Origin: Bacteroidota bacterium
Lineage (GTDB): Bacteria > Bacteroidota > Bacteroidia > Bacteroidales > GCA-2748055
Length of the DNA stretch: 64,000 nt
Direction: 5' to 3'
Assembly: GCA_039714655.1 (NCBI GenBank)
Contig: JBDLIX010000004.1
Span: 21,758 to 85,757 of the forward strand
This document shows, in pieces, positions 63,901 through 64,000 of this stretch. The notes under the pieces were generated by a model. It saw nothing but the letters and a program-made list of their open reading frames with translations. It did no database searches and was not told the DNA's origin. Position numbers and translations under genes: made by a program. Position 1 is the stretch's first letter, and each line of letters begins with the position of its first letter.

Positions 63901-64000
63901 ACCTCATTTACCAATGCCATGCTCTCTGGTGACGGTTTGACAGAAAGAACCCTCGAGGGACGGGATGGAATGGTCCTTGAAGGTGTTATCCCGACTTATG
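60922..64000 (+). CDS. SusC/RagA-family TonB-dependent transporter with STN domain (3' end truncated by the window edge)
   Basis: Not in the ORF track because it has no stop codon in the window. Hand translation gives MKKNELSVFFHQRKRTLKILLTMKLVLILTSIFALTIQA..ISIEANGETIRQVMQEIETKSDYRFFYND (STN). It continues with VTGVVTDESGMILIGVTVVEKGTTNGVITDLNGRY and EVVVTSLGIKKEKRKVGYSV. Confidence 0.88.
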   Translation, partial: MKKNELSVFFHQRKRTLKILLTMKLVLILTSIFALTIQASVFSQARKISIEANGETIRQVMQEIETKSDYRFFYNDQLANLEERVDFVADNITEFEAIERLFEGQDLTFQLMENNLVLIMPTSLARQTNVTGVVTDESGMILIGVTVVEKGTTNGVITDLNGRYRITVAPDAVLVFSSIGMETMEETVNGRTAIDITMTASFFALDEVVVTSLGIKKEKRKVGYSVQSVTTEELSVAREANVVNSLAGKVAGLDLTRTGGGVGSAARVVLRGNRSIAGNNQPLYIVDGVPISGSTNGGNGSESGSAWQPVDGISNINPDDIESVTVLKGANATALYGSRAQNGAIVITTKKGRATGLGIEFSTNISMETPMILTKFQNEYGQGIEGTYVETGEQSWGPKMTGQMVDHWSPDPNWEGPAQHAFSPQPNNVKDFFSTGINLANTIAVNTGNEQTQAYISYTNTQSQGILENNKLRRNNFNVRLTSDLSKKLTVDAKLSYINQEIDNSVMNGDNSYNPVRALYRQARNISLEDAQNYEYLDAEGNLLQHYWYPYSIEGQNVHWIVNNTSRFDQRDRILALASLRYEITEGLSLMIRSSLDKINDGYNVKAFNDTYIEGEGGNYRVGYDNVMEMNNDFILNYNHQWNDTWSVDLSLGGNMRNNSWDGLRSEIGGRYGNFITANLFSLQNATTKMTWDKGGTKKMNSLYAFANIGFKDYLYLDLTYRNDWSSTLPPEAWSYSYPSAGLTWIISDMANSLPDWLTFAKARASYAIVGNDTGWAQLNQVYGVQGGGDAGFAYRSGALPPHGLKPEKTNSLEMGGDVRLFKNRVGLDFTWYKTNTFEQLIRIPLPVTSGWSSTLVNAGNIENRGVEIILNATPVIAGDFRWDLSINFAHNENTVIEITDEIQEYRLSGGWMNDIFVVEGEPYGEIYTQGFQRDDNDNVLIQEANGLPYITAGKTLPMGNYNPDWMGGFSNQLRFKNINLGILMDMRMGGSMTSFTNAMLSGDGLTERTLEGRDGMVLEGVIPTY

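Noticed and set aside
1-64000. rRNA, tRNA, tmRNA, RNase P or SRP RNA genes, prophage or integrative elements
   Set aside because: All intergenic regions are at most about 330 nt. None shows tRNA cloverleaf-like or conserved RNA-gene motifs that I could recognise. No phage, integrase or conjugation genes are present.

Overview
This is a chromosomal segment from a Bacteroidota-type genome. The evidence is two SusC/SusD-type loci controlled by ECF-sigma/FecR pairs, a T9SS C-terminal sorting domain, TAnnTTTG promoter boxes and the lack of Shine-Dalgarno spacing. It is densely coding, with about 45 genes. I recognised no rRNA, tRNA, CRISPR array, transposase or integrase. From left to right it holds: a TamB-like protein, tsaD and a SiaC-like DUF1987 protein. 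Next is a tightly coupled minus-strand operon of sensor-PP2C, PP2C, a coiled-coil ABC/OLD-like ATPase and a secreted C26 amidohydrolase. Then comes a 1354-aa gingipain-family (C25) T9SS protease. A second coupled minus-strand operon follows: ECF sigma, anti-sigma, a C39-peptidase ABC exporter, SUI1/YciH, an ankyrin protein and a small lipoprotein. After a threonine/serine dehydratase comes PUL-like locus 1 (sigma, FecR, SusC with STN domain, SusD, C69 dipeptidase). An orphan hydG and an SLC12-like transporter follow, then ThuA-like, GH29 fucosidase, MscS-family channel and DUF4421-like genes. The right end is a glycan cluster with a XylR-like regulator, several GH-like genes, a TAT-exported alpha/alpha-toroid protein and a PMI-like cupin. 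It closes with locus 2: sigma, two near-identical FecR genes and a SusC cut off by the window edge. My best candidate for an undescribed system is the 6.0-13.6 kb phosphatase/ATPase operant together with the adjacent SiaC-like gene. Other notable items are the 1390-bp-period FecR duplication with mosaic leaders, the unusual ECF/C39-ABC/SUI1/ankyrin operon, and a terminator-like hairpin inside the sigma leader. All family calls come from motif recognition by eye; no searches were run.
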